Shown here one piece after another: positions 52,814 to 64,000 of a DNA stretch of 64,000 nt. The stretch comes from Camelus ferus (taxonomy: Eukaryota). A program made the translations under genes and the position numbers. The stretch's first letter is position 1. The number at the start of each line of letters is the position of its first letter. The notes beneath the pieces are model-generated. The model was not told where the DNA came from. It searched no databases and was given only the letters and a program-made list of their open reading frames with translations. The stretch covers positions 51,400,001 to 51,464,000 of the forward strand of contig NC_045697.1 in the NCBI RefSeq assembly GCF_009834535.1. Direction: 5' to 3'.

Positions 52814-53240
52814 CTAAGTGCCAGACACTGGGCTAAACCCTGGTGGTGTAAGAGATGAGTCCTGCCCTGAAGAGACTCACGTTCTTCTAGGAAAGACAGA
52901 CATGGCAATTCACCACTAAACTCTGAGGTGACCCGTGCCTTAAGTCAGCTGAGTGCAAAGTGCTATGGGAGTACAGACGGGAGGGAAGCCCAGAGGGCTG
53001 GTGGATGTTCAAATTCAGGGATATTTGTGCTAAAGGATGAGTAGAACTTTGGTAGAATAAGGTTGAGAAGAGCCTTTCAAGCAGGGAAAACAACTTGCAT
53101 AGACCTTGAAGAGACATGGAGTGTTTTCAATGGACAGTTGGAGAAAAGTTCACTGTGGGGTAGAAGAGTGGCAGGAGATGGGCTGAGAGAGTGGAAGAGC
53201 CTGAGAATGAAAAGTCTTGTCTCCTTAAATAGAACAGTTG
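52814..53240 (-). mobile_element. L2 fragment (host of Tigger1)
   Basis: ctaagtgccagacactgggctaa...cctgccctgaagagactcac...aagtgctatgggagtacag. Confidence 0.65.
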
Positions 53241-54620
53241 ATAGGAGGGGGAAGAACTTGATGCATCAGTAAAAGCAAGCGTGATCATGCCTTGTTCCAG
53301 TGCTTCCTTTTCTCTGTGTCTCCAGGGCAAGGAGAAAAGGGAGAGGAGAAGAAACTCTGAAGAGAAGAGAGGCTGTTTATTTTCAGCTGCCATTCGTGAA
53401 CGAAGATCATTTGCCAGGCCCTTCCCAAACCTTATCCCATTTCGTTCTCATGATAAGCTTTTGAGATAGGACTATTAAGCCCTTTTACTGATGAGGACAT
53501 TGAGGCCCAGAAGAGGTCTAGAAAACTTTAAAGTTCAGAGTTCACGATGGCCTGGTTCCAAAGCCTTTACCCACTGCCTTGACCACCGTGTTATACTACT
53601 TCTTGTTTGGAAGAAGCAAACGTGGAGTGGACAGAAGCGACTGTAGTTGCATTGCCTGGATTGGCACAACAGCTAAGAGGAGGCCATTGGTGGGAGAGGC
53701 CACTTGCTGAGTTCTCCTTATCTGGGGCAACTAAAATCAGAAGAAATCAGAAGGTGCAGCCATCATGTTGAAAGTCATTTGTTTTTGTTATTTACTTTGG
53801 TGAAGTCTCCAGAAAGTATTCTGGATTTGGAGCATTTGTTTTTTTCAATAAATTCATCCTTAGCAAATGCTAAAAGCATCCAACAGAGGCAGAAAGAATA
53901 AAAAAATTAACTTAAGTCACAGCAGTGACAATGCCAGTGTTACAGACTGAGTGACTTTTGGCCTGTGGTTAATCATGTCCTCTAAGAGCTACTGCAATTC
54001 TGCACCTCTTCAAAGTTTATCTCTTCTTTTGTAAAAACCTTAAATAAACAAAACCATAGCTTTTCTGCTATGCTTCCAGCATTTTTGAATGGTTTAATTT
54101 TTTCAAAGTTTAACATTTGTCTTCAGAACTTAGTTACTAGAATGAAAATGTGTGCCATTAAATTGTCAGTTAACATTAGAGAAAGTTGCCCTAATTGGCA
54201 TGACTTTTTGATTTTTTTCTATGAACGTCATTCTTAAATCGAGATAGACAAAAAAATAAAATGGACCATATATTTTCATAAATAATGAAAAACCAGACAT
54301 TTAAATGCTTTTGAAAAGGTTAAGCACTGTGCATTTTCATGCCACACTAGAGGAGAACAGGGAAGGAGTCCAGTGACAGTCTAGGAAATGAGATGGTACG
54401 TTTTAAACGTATGACCAAAGCATTAATGAAAAAGCTCTGTAAATTCCACAATAATTGATTTTTTTCCCTTTATTTAAATTTTACTCTGTCTTGCTTACAG
54501 ACTAAAAATTAGAATATTTGAAGATGGGAGAGGGAGAGAGGTTAAAGAGTGAAATTCATTCCTTAAGAATAGGTTCTGAAATGGGAAGTCATTTCCCAAA
54601 ACAACAAAATGGGCAATCTA

Positions 54621-55812
54621 TTTTTTAAAATTGAATTATAGTCAGTTTACAATGTTGTGGTAATTTCTGGGTATATAACCTAGTGATTCAGTTATACATA
54701 TATATATTCCTTTTCATATTCTTTTTCGTTAAAGTCTATTATAAGGTATTGAATATAGTTCCCTGTACTATACAGTAGGACTTTGTTGTTTATCTATATT
54801 ACATAAGATGTAAAATCTCAAGTTCCCAGTTTATCTCTTTATCCCCCGTTCCCCTTTGGTAACTGTAAATTTGTTTTCTGTGTCTATGAGTCTTGTTTCT
54901 ATTTTGCAAATGAGTTCATTTGTCTTTTTTTTAGATTCTACATATAAGTGATATCATATAGTATTTTTCTTTCTCTTTCTGGCTTACTTCACTTAGTATG
55001 ACACTCTCCAGTCCATCCATGTTGCTGCAAATGGCATTGTTTTATTTTATATGGCTGAGTAGTAGTCCATTGTATATAAATCTTGAACTCCCAATTTATC
55101 CCTCCCTGCTGCCAGGGCAACCATAAGTTTGTTTTCTATGTCTATGAGTCTGTTTCTGTTTTGTAAATAAGTTCATTTGGTTTTTTGTTTGTTTTGTTTT
55201 ATTTTTAGATTCCACATATAAGTGATTTCATATGATATTTTTCTTTCTCTTTCTGGCTTACTTCATTTAGAATGACATTCTCCATAACCATCTATGTTGC
55301 TGCAAATGGCATTATTTTATTCTTTTTTATGGCTGAGTAGTATTCCATTGTATAAATATACCACGACTTCTTTATCCAGTCATCTGTCATTGGACATTTA
55401 GGTTGCTTCCACGTCTTGGCTGTTGTAAATAGTGCTGCTATAAACATGGGATGCATGTATCTTTTCAATTAGAATTTTCTCCAGATATATGTACAGGAGT
55501 GGGATTGCTGGATCACAAGGTAGGTCTATTTTGAGTTTTTTAAGGAATCACCATACTGTCTTCCATAATGGCTGCATCAAATTACATTCCCACCAGCAGT
55601 ATAGGAAAGTTCCCTTTTCTCCACACCCTGTCCAGTATTTATTATTTGTGGACTCTTGAGTGATGGCCATTCTGACTGGTGAGAGGGGAAACCTCATTGT
55701 AGTTTTGATTTGCATTTCTCTGATAATTAGCAATATTGAGCATTTTTTTATGTGCCTGTTGGCCATTTGTATGTCTTCACTGGAGAAATATTTGTTTAGG
55801 TCTTCTGTCCAT
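54621..55812 (-). mobile_element. Camelid-type L1 3' segment(s); the 3'UTR restarts at about 55078
   Basis: The 3'UTR block occurs twice in tandem; ORF 55548-55766 is an ORF2 C-terminal fragment. Confidence 0.9.
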
Positions 55813-57859
55813 TTTTTTTAATATACATTTTTATTGAAGTACAGTCAGTTTACAACGTGGTGTGTCAGTTTCTGGTGTACAGCATAGTGCTTCAGTCATA
55901 CATGAACATACATATATTCATTTTCATATTCTTTTTCACTATAAGTTGCTACAAGATATGGAATACAGTTCCCTGTGCTATACATATGAACTTGTTGTTT
56001 ATTTATTTTATATATATTAGTTAGTATCTGCAAACCTTGAACTCCCAATTTATCCCTCCCAACCTCCCCGGCAACCATAAGTTTGTTTTCTTCGTTTGTG
56101 AGCCTGTTTCTGTTTTGTAAATAAGTTCATTTGGTTTTTTGTTTTGTTTTGTTTTATTTTTAGATTCCACATATAAGTGATTTCATATGATATTTTTCTT
56201 TCTCTTTCTGGCTTACTTCATTTAGAATGACATTCTCCATAACCATCTATGTTGCTGCAAATGGCATTATTTTATTCTTTTTTATGGCTGAGTAGTATTC
56301 CATTGTATAAATATACATAGCTTCTTTATCTAGTTATTTGTTCATGGACATTTAGGTTGCTTCCATGTCTTGGCTATTGTAAATAGTGCTGCTATGAATA
56401 TTGGGGTGCATGTATCTTTTTGAATTAAGGTTCCCTCTGAATATATGCCTGGGAGTGGGATTGCTAAATCATATGGTAAGTCTATTTTTTTTTTTTTTTG
56501 CCTTCCAACTGTATGTATCTCTTTTTTTTTTTTTAACATTTTTTATTGACTTATAATCATTTTACAATGCTGTGTCAAATTCCAGTGTTCAGCACAATTT
56601 TTCAGTTATTCATGGACATATACACACTCATTGTCACATTTTTTTCTCTGTGAGTTATCATAACATTTTGTGTATATTTCCCTGTGCTATACAGTGTAGT
56701 CTATTCTACAATTTTGAAATCCCAGTCTATCCCTTCCCACCCTCCACCCCCCTGGTAACCACAAGTCTGTATTCTCTGTCTGTGAGTCTATTTCTGTCCT
56801 TTATTTACGCTTTGTTTTTGTTTGTTTGTTTGTTTTTGTTTTTGTTTTTTAGATTCCACATATGAGTGATCTCATATGGTATTTTTCTTTCTCTTTCTGG
56901 CTTACTTCACTTAGAATGACATTCTCCAGGAGCATCCATGTTGCTGCAAATGGCATTATGTTGTCGGTTTTTATGGCTGAGTAGTATTCCATTGTATAAA
57001 TATACCACTTCTTCTTTATCCAGTCACCTGTTGATGGACATTTAGGCTGTTTCCATGTTTTGGCTATTGTAAATAGTGCTGCTATGAACATTGGGGTGCA
57101 GGTGTCATCCTGAAGTAGGGTTCCTTCTGGATACAAGCCCAGGAGTGGGATTCCTGGGTCATATGGTAAGTCTATTCCTAGTCTTTTGAGGAATCTCCAC
57201 ACTGTTTTCCATAGTGGCTGCACCAAACTGCATTCCCACCAGCAGTGTAGGAGGGTTCCCCTTTCTCCACAGCCTCTCCAGCATTTGTCATTTGTGGATT
57301 TTTGAATGACGGCCATTCTGACTGGTGTGAGGTGATACCTCAATGTAGTTTTGATTTGCATTTCTCTGATAATTAGTGATATTGAGCATTTTTTCATGTG
57401 CTTTTTGATCATTTTTATGTCTTCCTTGGAGAATTGCTTGTTTAGGTCTTCTGCCCATTTTTGGATTGGGTTGTTTATTTTTTTCTTATTGAGTCGCATG
57501 AGCTGCTTATATATTCTGGAGATCAAGCCTTTGTCGGTTTCACTTGCAAAAATTTTTTCCCATTCCGTAGGTTTTCTTCTTGTTTTATTTCTGGTTTCCT
57601 TTGCTGTGCAGAAGCTTGTAAGTTTCACTAGGTCCCATTTGTTTATTCTTGCTTTTATTTCTTCTAGGAGAAAATTTTTTAAATGTATGTCAGATAATGT
57701 TTTGCCTATGTTTTCCTCTAGGAGGTTTATTGTATCTTGTCTTATGTTTAAGTCTTTAATCCATTTTGAGTTGATTTTTGTATGGTAAGTCTATTTTTAG
57801 TCTTTTGAGGAATCTCCATACTGTTTTCCATAACAGCCAAACCAAACTACATTCCCACC
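55813..57859 (-). mobile_element. Camelid-type L1 interrupted by a younger L1 (resumes at 57799-57859)
   Basis: polyT/3'UTR at 55813; the sequence continues across the TSD as agtcttttgaggaatctccatactg. Confidence 0.9.
56490..57780 (-). mobile_element. Young L1, 5'-truncated, ORF2 C-terminus uninterrupted
   Basis: 259-aa ORF 56849-57628; by manual translation the frame stays open to the 5' junction ([29 protein letters not shown]...); duplicated tatggtaagtctattttt at 56472-56489 and 57781-57798. Confidence 0.95.
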
Positions 57860-58739
57860 GACACAATAATTGATTCTTAATCTTCTTCTAAACTAATAAT
57901 CTTATTTATAGCACAAATCTAATATAATCAGTGCAACTTTAAATAATTTTTTCAAACAAAACATTATTTGAAACATTCCATTTCTGTAACATTTTAAAAT
58001 ACCCACTCTGCCAAGGGCCCTAAAAGCTACCACTCCAGAGTTGTAAGATCATAGAATGTGGGGACTAAACATTTTGAGCAGTAATTGTTTCAGGTAGCAA
58101 TCTTATAACTAGCTTTAAGTCATTTTCCTATCAGCCACTGGAAACCCTGTCTCTGCCTTAGAACTGGACCAGTGTTCACTCTGCATCACAGACTTCAAGT
58201 GGTCTTTGAGAAACAAACCTGGAAATGTTAACTTGCCGCTCCTGATGATGGTTGATGGTAATTCCTCTTTAGGCTGAAGAGGAAAAAAATCTGATGCATT
58301 CGTCTAAAAACTTTATTTGCTGTGGGAATTTGCTTTGGCTAATGCAACTTTTAAGACCTGTTGGTTCACTCAAAGGTCAAGGAACATTTATGTAAGGAAT
58401 CTTCAATAACATTCTTTCAGCCTGGCTAGCAGAGAATGCCCTGATGCCAATTTTCCCCTCTTTTGAGTATTAAATTTGTGTATGCCTTCATTTGAATTCC
58501 CACCAAATAGTGAAATTGTTTTCAAAATACGTAGTATACTTCATGTACAGTTGGAGACATTTGTTTTACTTTTATGTCCTTTTGTTACTGAACCCTCCTG
58601 AGTCAGTCCTCAACAAGGTTCCTCCTGTCTGGTGTCTTTCAAGCCAATAGCATGAGACTGAGTTAGGTTCAGAAGCAAAGGAAAGTTTTATTCTTAGATC
58701 AAAGAACAGAGGGTGCCAGCTTGTGCTCTGGAGCACAGC

Positions 58740-58990
58740 TCTCCCCTCACAGGCAAGGGGCGGGGCTGCGGGATAGGATTCTCGCGGGCCGGGAGGGGGT
58801 GGAGTTCTCGCGGGCCCCAGATCGCCCCGAGGGCCCAGCATCTCTGCCGGCGGAGCGCCGCCGCCATCTTGGACCCAGATCTCGTGAGCCGCGCTTCTGC
58901 TCTGGCCACTGAGCTGAGGTTTGGCGCAGTGGTTTTCCCACTAGAAACTCTAGCCTGAAGCGCCATGTGCGAGGCCTCCACACGCCACCC
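58740..58990. promoter_or_regulatory. CpG-island-like promoter core
   Basis: CpG-dense; GGGGCGGGGC at 58757-58766; TTCTCGCGGGCC twice (58779, 58805); YY1 motif GCCGCCATCTT at 58860-58870; TCTCGTGAG at 58880. Confidence 0.75.
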
Positions 58991-59110
58991 CTATGAACAA
59001 ATGAAACTAGACTAAGCACAAAGGAAAAGGAAAAAAAGGTTAGACTTTATTTTATTACCCAGATTCTGTCTCTATTTCCGGGGAATTGTTAATGGGCTTT
59101 GCCAGTGACA
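58906..59110 (+). repeat. Local duplication, copy 1 (decayed exon-like unit)
   Basis: Colinear with 60002-60213, including identical tgaaactagactaagcacaa, attacccagattct and ggaattgttaatgggctttgc. Confidence 0.9.
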
Positions 59111-60001
59111 AATCCCTCTGTCTTCTGTCCTGCTCCTCATTCATGAGGAGTGCTGAGGGGCCGCGGTCCGTGCTCTGTAACGGCCTCCTGCTATCTGGGC
59201 GTCGTCATAACTGCACAGAGGAGCAGAGCTGCCCCCCCAGCTGCGTTTGCTTAGATGTGCCCTGACTGTTCACGTCCCTGAGCCACCACCGTTAGTCTAA
59301 CCTTCTGGGGACAAAGGACATCGGACAATGTAAGATACACGGCCCACGTATCAGGAAGAGAGTAAGCATCGCATGCCAAATTTCCCTGAAAACGCAGTGC
59401 CCAGGCCTTCTGCCCGCAGGCAGGGCTGTGCCTGATGCTGAGGCTCACTGCCGTGGCCTGAGCACTCCTGGCCACCCTCTTGTTGTTTCTTGGAAGCAGA
59501 GAGAGGTTTACACAGGCAGTCAAGGGGCCCATTGTCCCCGTTTGTCTCCCCAGAGGTTGGGGCTGCGGGGCCCTCTTCCCTGGAGTGTGCCGTGCCCACG
59601 GAGTGATCCCGGCCACTCCAGGGCAGATGGGCGGTTAGGCTCACCAGGTGGGCCCTGTTCCACTCAGGAGTGAGCTGATCTGTGGGCTGCCGGGTTTCCA
59701 GGGTTTTAGGTCTCCTGGCCCGAAAGGGTGGAGGGCCAGGTCATGGGTGCGGGTGGCACCTGGTTACCGTAAGCAGAGAACTTTCATGTTTCCTCCTGTG
59801 GAGGGCATACTTGAGTTGTTCGATTTTGAGAGGGTAAAGGTGTCCCTTCTGTCAGGCTTGGAGAATGGGTCTACATACATTAGTTCAATCGCACTGAACT
59901 TTATTTATCCCTTGGGGCTAACCACTTGCGGAGCTAGGCAATCAGAAGCAACTTAATGTAATTTTCTTGAGTTTCTTGGCAAAGGTTGAGATGTCTGAGC
60001 A

Positions 60002-60213
60002 CCACCAAGCTGCAGTGTTGGGGGTAGCCATTTTGCATTAGGACCTCTGGTCTAACGTGCTGTGTGCAGAGGCTTTGCACCTGGAAAGGCCTCTGCCCAT
60101 GGCACCCTATGAGTAAGTGAAACTAGACTAAGCACAAGAGGAAAAAAAAAGACTTCATTACCCAGATTCTATTTTTATTTCCCAGGAATTGTTAATGGGC
60201 TTTGCTGGAGACA
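60002..60213 (+). repeat. Local duplication, copy 2, containing candidate exon 60042-60112
   Basis: ttttgcattag|GACCTC...CCTATGA|gtaagt; the duplication is certain, exon status is inferred. Confidence 0.85.
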
Positions 60214-61049
60214 CTTTTGATTTTCTTTCTTAGTTTATCAAAAGCACTTGCTTTTGAAACATTGATCACAAACAAAGCCTTTGAAAATTTTATTTTACTG
60301 AACAAGTTGGTTTGCATTAAAGATGATCCTCCCTAAGCGGATGCTTGTCTGCATTTCCCAAAGTATATTCTACAAACCTTTAATTCTGAACACTAGTTTT
60401 TATGTTGGTATTGTTTGTTATTTAATGAAGATATTTTATGATGAAATAAATAACTTTGAGTGATTCTAGGAATGTAGTAACCAGAACATAGCTCCCTTTC
60501 TCCTGCTTCCAGTTTAAAGCTACTTGAGTTGCCTGAGCCGGGTATCTGCTGAGCCTGTGGGCCCTGGGGTATGGGTGAGGCTTTAAGCACTATTGGGTCC
60601 TTTTTGGTGAGAATTGGTACAGGATTTGCTTGAATTACAGAGTACTTTGTAAGTATTTTGAAAGCTAGGGCACTTAATCCTAGGAAAACCTCGGGACAAC
60701 ATCCACCTTAATTTCAGGTGAACGTGCTGAGTCTGCCCTCCTTAAGTATCCATAGACCAGGAGAGAACTGAAAGGCTAATTTGCACCCATCCTGCTATTC
60801 AGGGCAGAAGATTGCAGGGGAATTCTGCAGGGCTGATAGCCTGCCTTTTCATCAAAGGCCCTAGGTCCTGAGAACACTTTGCCTATGAGTCTTACCGCCC
60901 TTTATGTTATCTCAACAATAAAATCAAAATCCCAAAGAAACTACAAAGAAAGATAGCAGCCCAGCTAAGAGGGTCCAGCCATCCAAGAAGGAAGGAACAA
61001 GTTGAGCCATCGGAACACATGCCATGAGAATACAAAAATAGAGATACTG

Positions 61050-62825
61050 AGAGGAGAGTTCAGTTCAAGGTGATGACATACGAGGATCCTAGGCTCACCA
61101 GCACCCATGGATACAGCAAATCTGCTGCTACATATGGAACAACCTTCTCTGAAAAAAACCTAAAAACTATGTGAGCAACTCCTACACATCTAACAAAAGA
61201 GAAGGCCTACATCAGAACAGGTAGGAGAGGCTGGGACACCATCTTACCATAAGCTCCATCATTGCGGCCCCATATTGGGGAGGAACTCAAAACCTGGAGT
61301 GAAGGGTTTGAACCCCACTTCAGGCACCACAACTTTTAAGACCTACACCTGAGAGATGAGCCCCCAAAGTGTCTAGCTTTGAAAAACAACTGGGCCAATA
61401 TCTGTAAGACCCACAAGGCTGTAATGATCTGAGAAACAAACTTTAAACAGCTTGCATCCAGCCCCTGGATTCAGTGCAGAGGCAGCGCCATCTAAGGGGC
61501 CCTGGCTTTGTGTGAATGAGGCTCTTTGCTAATTTTAAAGTGTCAATCTGAGGGACAGGCATCTAACTTAGCACACATCTAAGGGAGGGTCTGCTGGCTG
61601 GTGGGCACCATCTATCTATATGCTCTCTCTCTGTCTCATTCCAGCTGGTAGGCACCATCTTTACACTTTCCCTCTGCCATGCTCCAGAGGGCCAGTATCT
61701 CACAGAGGGGAGTTTTATATGCCTCTGGTGCCCTGGTTTTTGTGGCTGTCACTCAGGGAACACCCCTTGATCGCCTGTCTTTGGAGGCCAAGGGTCTTGC
61801 CATCCTGGGTCCCACAGGACTGTAACAATTGGAGAGACAGTTCTTGGCAGGCTACCACCCCCAGGGCACTGCACAGATTGCAAACTGAAACACACACACA
61901 CACACAGCCCCAGTCTTTCTGTGAATGAGGACTGTTTACTTGTCAGAAGCGTCGACCCAAGGGGCAGGCTTCTGGTTTGGTGCACATCCAGAGGTCTACA
62001 GAGGTGCTCTCAGGGAGTGGGGCTGATGGGCATCATCCTTGCCTTCTCCCTCTGCTTCACTACAGCTGACTGGTATCTCCCCAAAAGGAGCTTATACACT
62101 GGTCTGGAGCCCTCATTTCTGCAATTGCTGACCAGAAGACACTTCCAGATTGCCTGGTTCTGGTAGCTAGCAGTTCTACAGGACTGTATGTATATATTTA
62201 CATACTTTAAAAGCTACTATCTAAGGGTCTGGTTTCCAATCAGCCTTAATGTAAGTGCTGATTGAGATTCTCCCCTTTGGGACATTGACAGGTCTTGGCA
62301 CACTCTCAACTACTGGGAACTATTAAAAATAAATTAGGCTGCTTAGAAAAATCACAAAGGCTTGAGAGACAACCAAGACTAGGGCAGAGTTGAGTGGTGA
62401 GATTCATCTCCTACACAAGGCCAACCTTTCAAGACTGGGCAAGGTGACTGTTTTACATAATGCGTAGAAACCAACCCAGAGAGTCAAAAAAAAAAAGAAG
62501 AAAGAGAAGAAGAAACAGAGAAATGTGTTCCAAAGGAAAAAACAAGAAGAAGAAGAAAAAAAAAACAAAACGTTAATGAAACAGAGATAAGTTGTTAACC
62601 TGACAAAGAGTTCAAACTAATGGTCATAAGGATGAACACAGCATGAATTTCAACAAAGAAACAGAAAATTAAGAAAGTACCAGAAAGAAGAAGAATACAA
62701 AACTGAACTGAAAACATACACAAAGGGCTTCAATTACAGAGTTGTTAAAGTATAACAAAGGATCAGTAAACTTGAGGACAGGGCAGTGGACCTCACCCAG
62801 TCAGAACAGCAGAAAGGAAAGAATG
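61050..62825 (+). mobile_element. Old L1 5' UTR plus start of ORF1 (decayed)
   Basis: GC-richer 5'UTR with repeated (g/a)ccatct motifs, then ORF1-like cctgacaaagagttcaaa...tttcaacaaagaa...tgaggacagggcagtggacctcacccagtcagaacagc. Confidence 0.75.
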
Positions 62826-63035
62826 AGAAGTACTGGAGAGGAGTCAGATAAACATCTAAATTAAATTATAAGAGTTCTTAAGGTGATCCATGTGCTGCAC
62901 AGAAAAGACTTTTGTGGCTTAAAAATATGATTTGAAAACAAAAATATTCAGCACATGAAATAATGGTCCCTATTGAGACACAGGTTTGTGGTCCAGAAAA
63001 CCAAGTACAAGAAATAATATCAAAACATAGAGCAA

Positions 63036-63132
63036 TACATATGTGTGTATACATATAACTGAATCACTTTGCTGTACACCTGAAACTAACCTGGTAAATC
63101 AAGTATGCTTTAATAAAAAAATTAAATTAAAA
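63036..63132 (+). mobile_element. Short L1 3' end
   Basis: tataactgaatcactttgctgtacacctgaaactaac; TSD atagagcaa at 63027-63035 and 63133-63141. Confidence 0.8.
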
Positions 63133-63331
63133 ATAGAGCAAAAAGCTAGATGGAAATTATGAGGAAAGGGATAAGAGACTGGAGGGTAAATGCAGGAATT
63201 TGAACATATGGGTAATAGGTATTCAGAAGAGGGAAAAAAAAGAAAAACAGATGGAGGAGGAACAGTAGTTTAACAAATTCCACAGGAACATTTCTCAGGG
63301 CTGAGGTAAGTTTTTAAGTCTTTAAAATTTA

Positions 63332-63626
63332 TTTATTTATTTATTTATTTAGGTGTATAGAAAATCTTTTATTTTTTCCTGTAACTTTTCTATAAGTATA
63401 AATTTTTTTTTAAGGTTAGAAAAAAATTTAAAAATCAAATACCCTTAGGTGGGTTGTGGGGCTATCAGTCATTCATATCTTAGTGTGAATTAGACTACTC
63501 AGATTGCTCTCCTTTTTAAAATTATTATTATTTATTATTTTTTTAAAACTTTTTTTATTGAGTTATAGTCAGTTTACAATGTTGTGTCAACTTCCAGAGT
63601 AGAGCACAATTTTTCAGTTATATGTA
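63332..63626 (-). mobile_element. Short camelid-type L1 3' end carrying a ~160-bp 3' transduction
   Basis: TSD tttaaaattta at 63321-63331 and 63627-63637; two tails; TTTATT at 63368-63373. Confidence 0.75.
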
Positions 63627-64000
63627 TTTAAAATTTAAAGCACACACAAGGTTCCTGGCTGGACTAATGAGGAAAGATACTCACCCATGTATTTTCTGAT
63701 AAAATTCTTGAATTCTAATAGAGAAAGAAAAACTTTTCACAATCTTTTATAAACAGGAAGAAAGAGTAAATTACCTACTGAGCAAAAGGAATCATAATGC
63801 CATTAGAATACCCACATGTAAACAAAGGAAACTAAAAGCCAACTGAATGACATCAGAGGAAAAGGATAGCACCTCAAGAATGCCATATCAAGTCATTTAT
63901 TCACCTGAATGAAGGTATTCAAGGATAGGCGACAAAGCAGAGTCATCCAAGTAAATCCTCTGAGAAAAATATTTCAGATGGTTTAGATAAAATATAAATG

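Noticed and set aside
56849..57628. 259-aa ORF as a host gene
   Set aside because: It is the C-terminus of L1 ORF2 in a 5'-truncated insertion; the antisense ORF 57351-57788 is its shadow.
1..64000. CRISPR arrays, operons, rRNA or other prokaryote-type systems
   Set aside because: The sequence is mammalian; I saw no regularly spaced repeat-spacer array, dense ORF structure or rRNA-like sequence.

Overview
This is mammalian genomic DNA, almost certainly camelid (alpaca/llama/camel). The assignment rests on three tRNA-Ala-derived Vic-1-type SINEs with target-site duplications (TSDs) and many related L1 3' ends. The window is AT-rich, repeat-dense intronic or intergenic sequence: L1, L2, MIR, CR1/L3, MaLR/ERVL/ERV1 LTRs, hAT MITEs and a full-length fossil Tigger1. 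I could not recognise any host protein-coding gene. The only recognisable proteins in the ORF track are L1 ORF2 C-termini and Tigger1 transposase fragments. The main non-repeat feature is a small CpG-island promoter at about 58.7-59.0 kb (GC box, TCTCGCG motifs, YY1 site). It is followed by a ~200-bp exon-like unit present twice, with the splice donor intact in only one copy. The best-supported unusual items are retrotransposition by-products: a ~600-bp orphan 3'-UTR-like retrocopy with TSD, two L1 3' transductions, and a nested L1 pile containing a young copy with an open ORF2 and a probable gene-conversion tract. I see no evidence of a new multi-gene biological system. Repeat family names come from my recollection of consensus sequences, not from a search.
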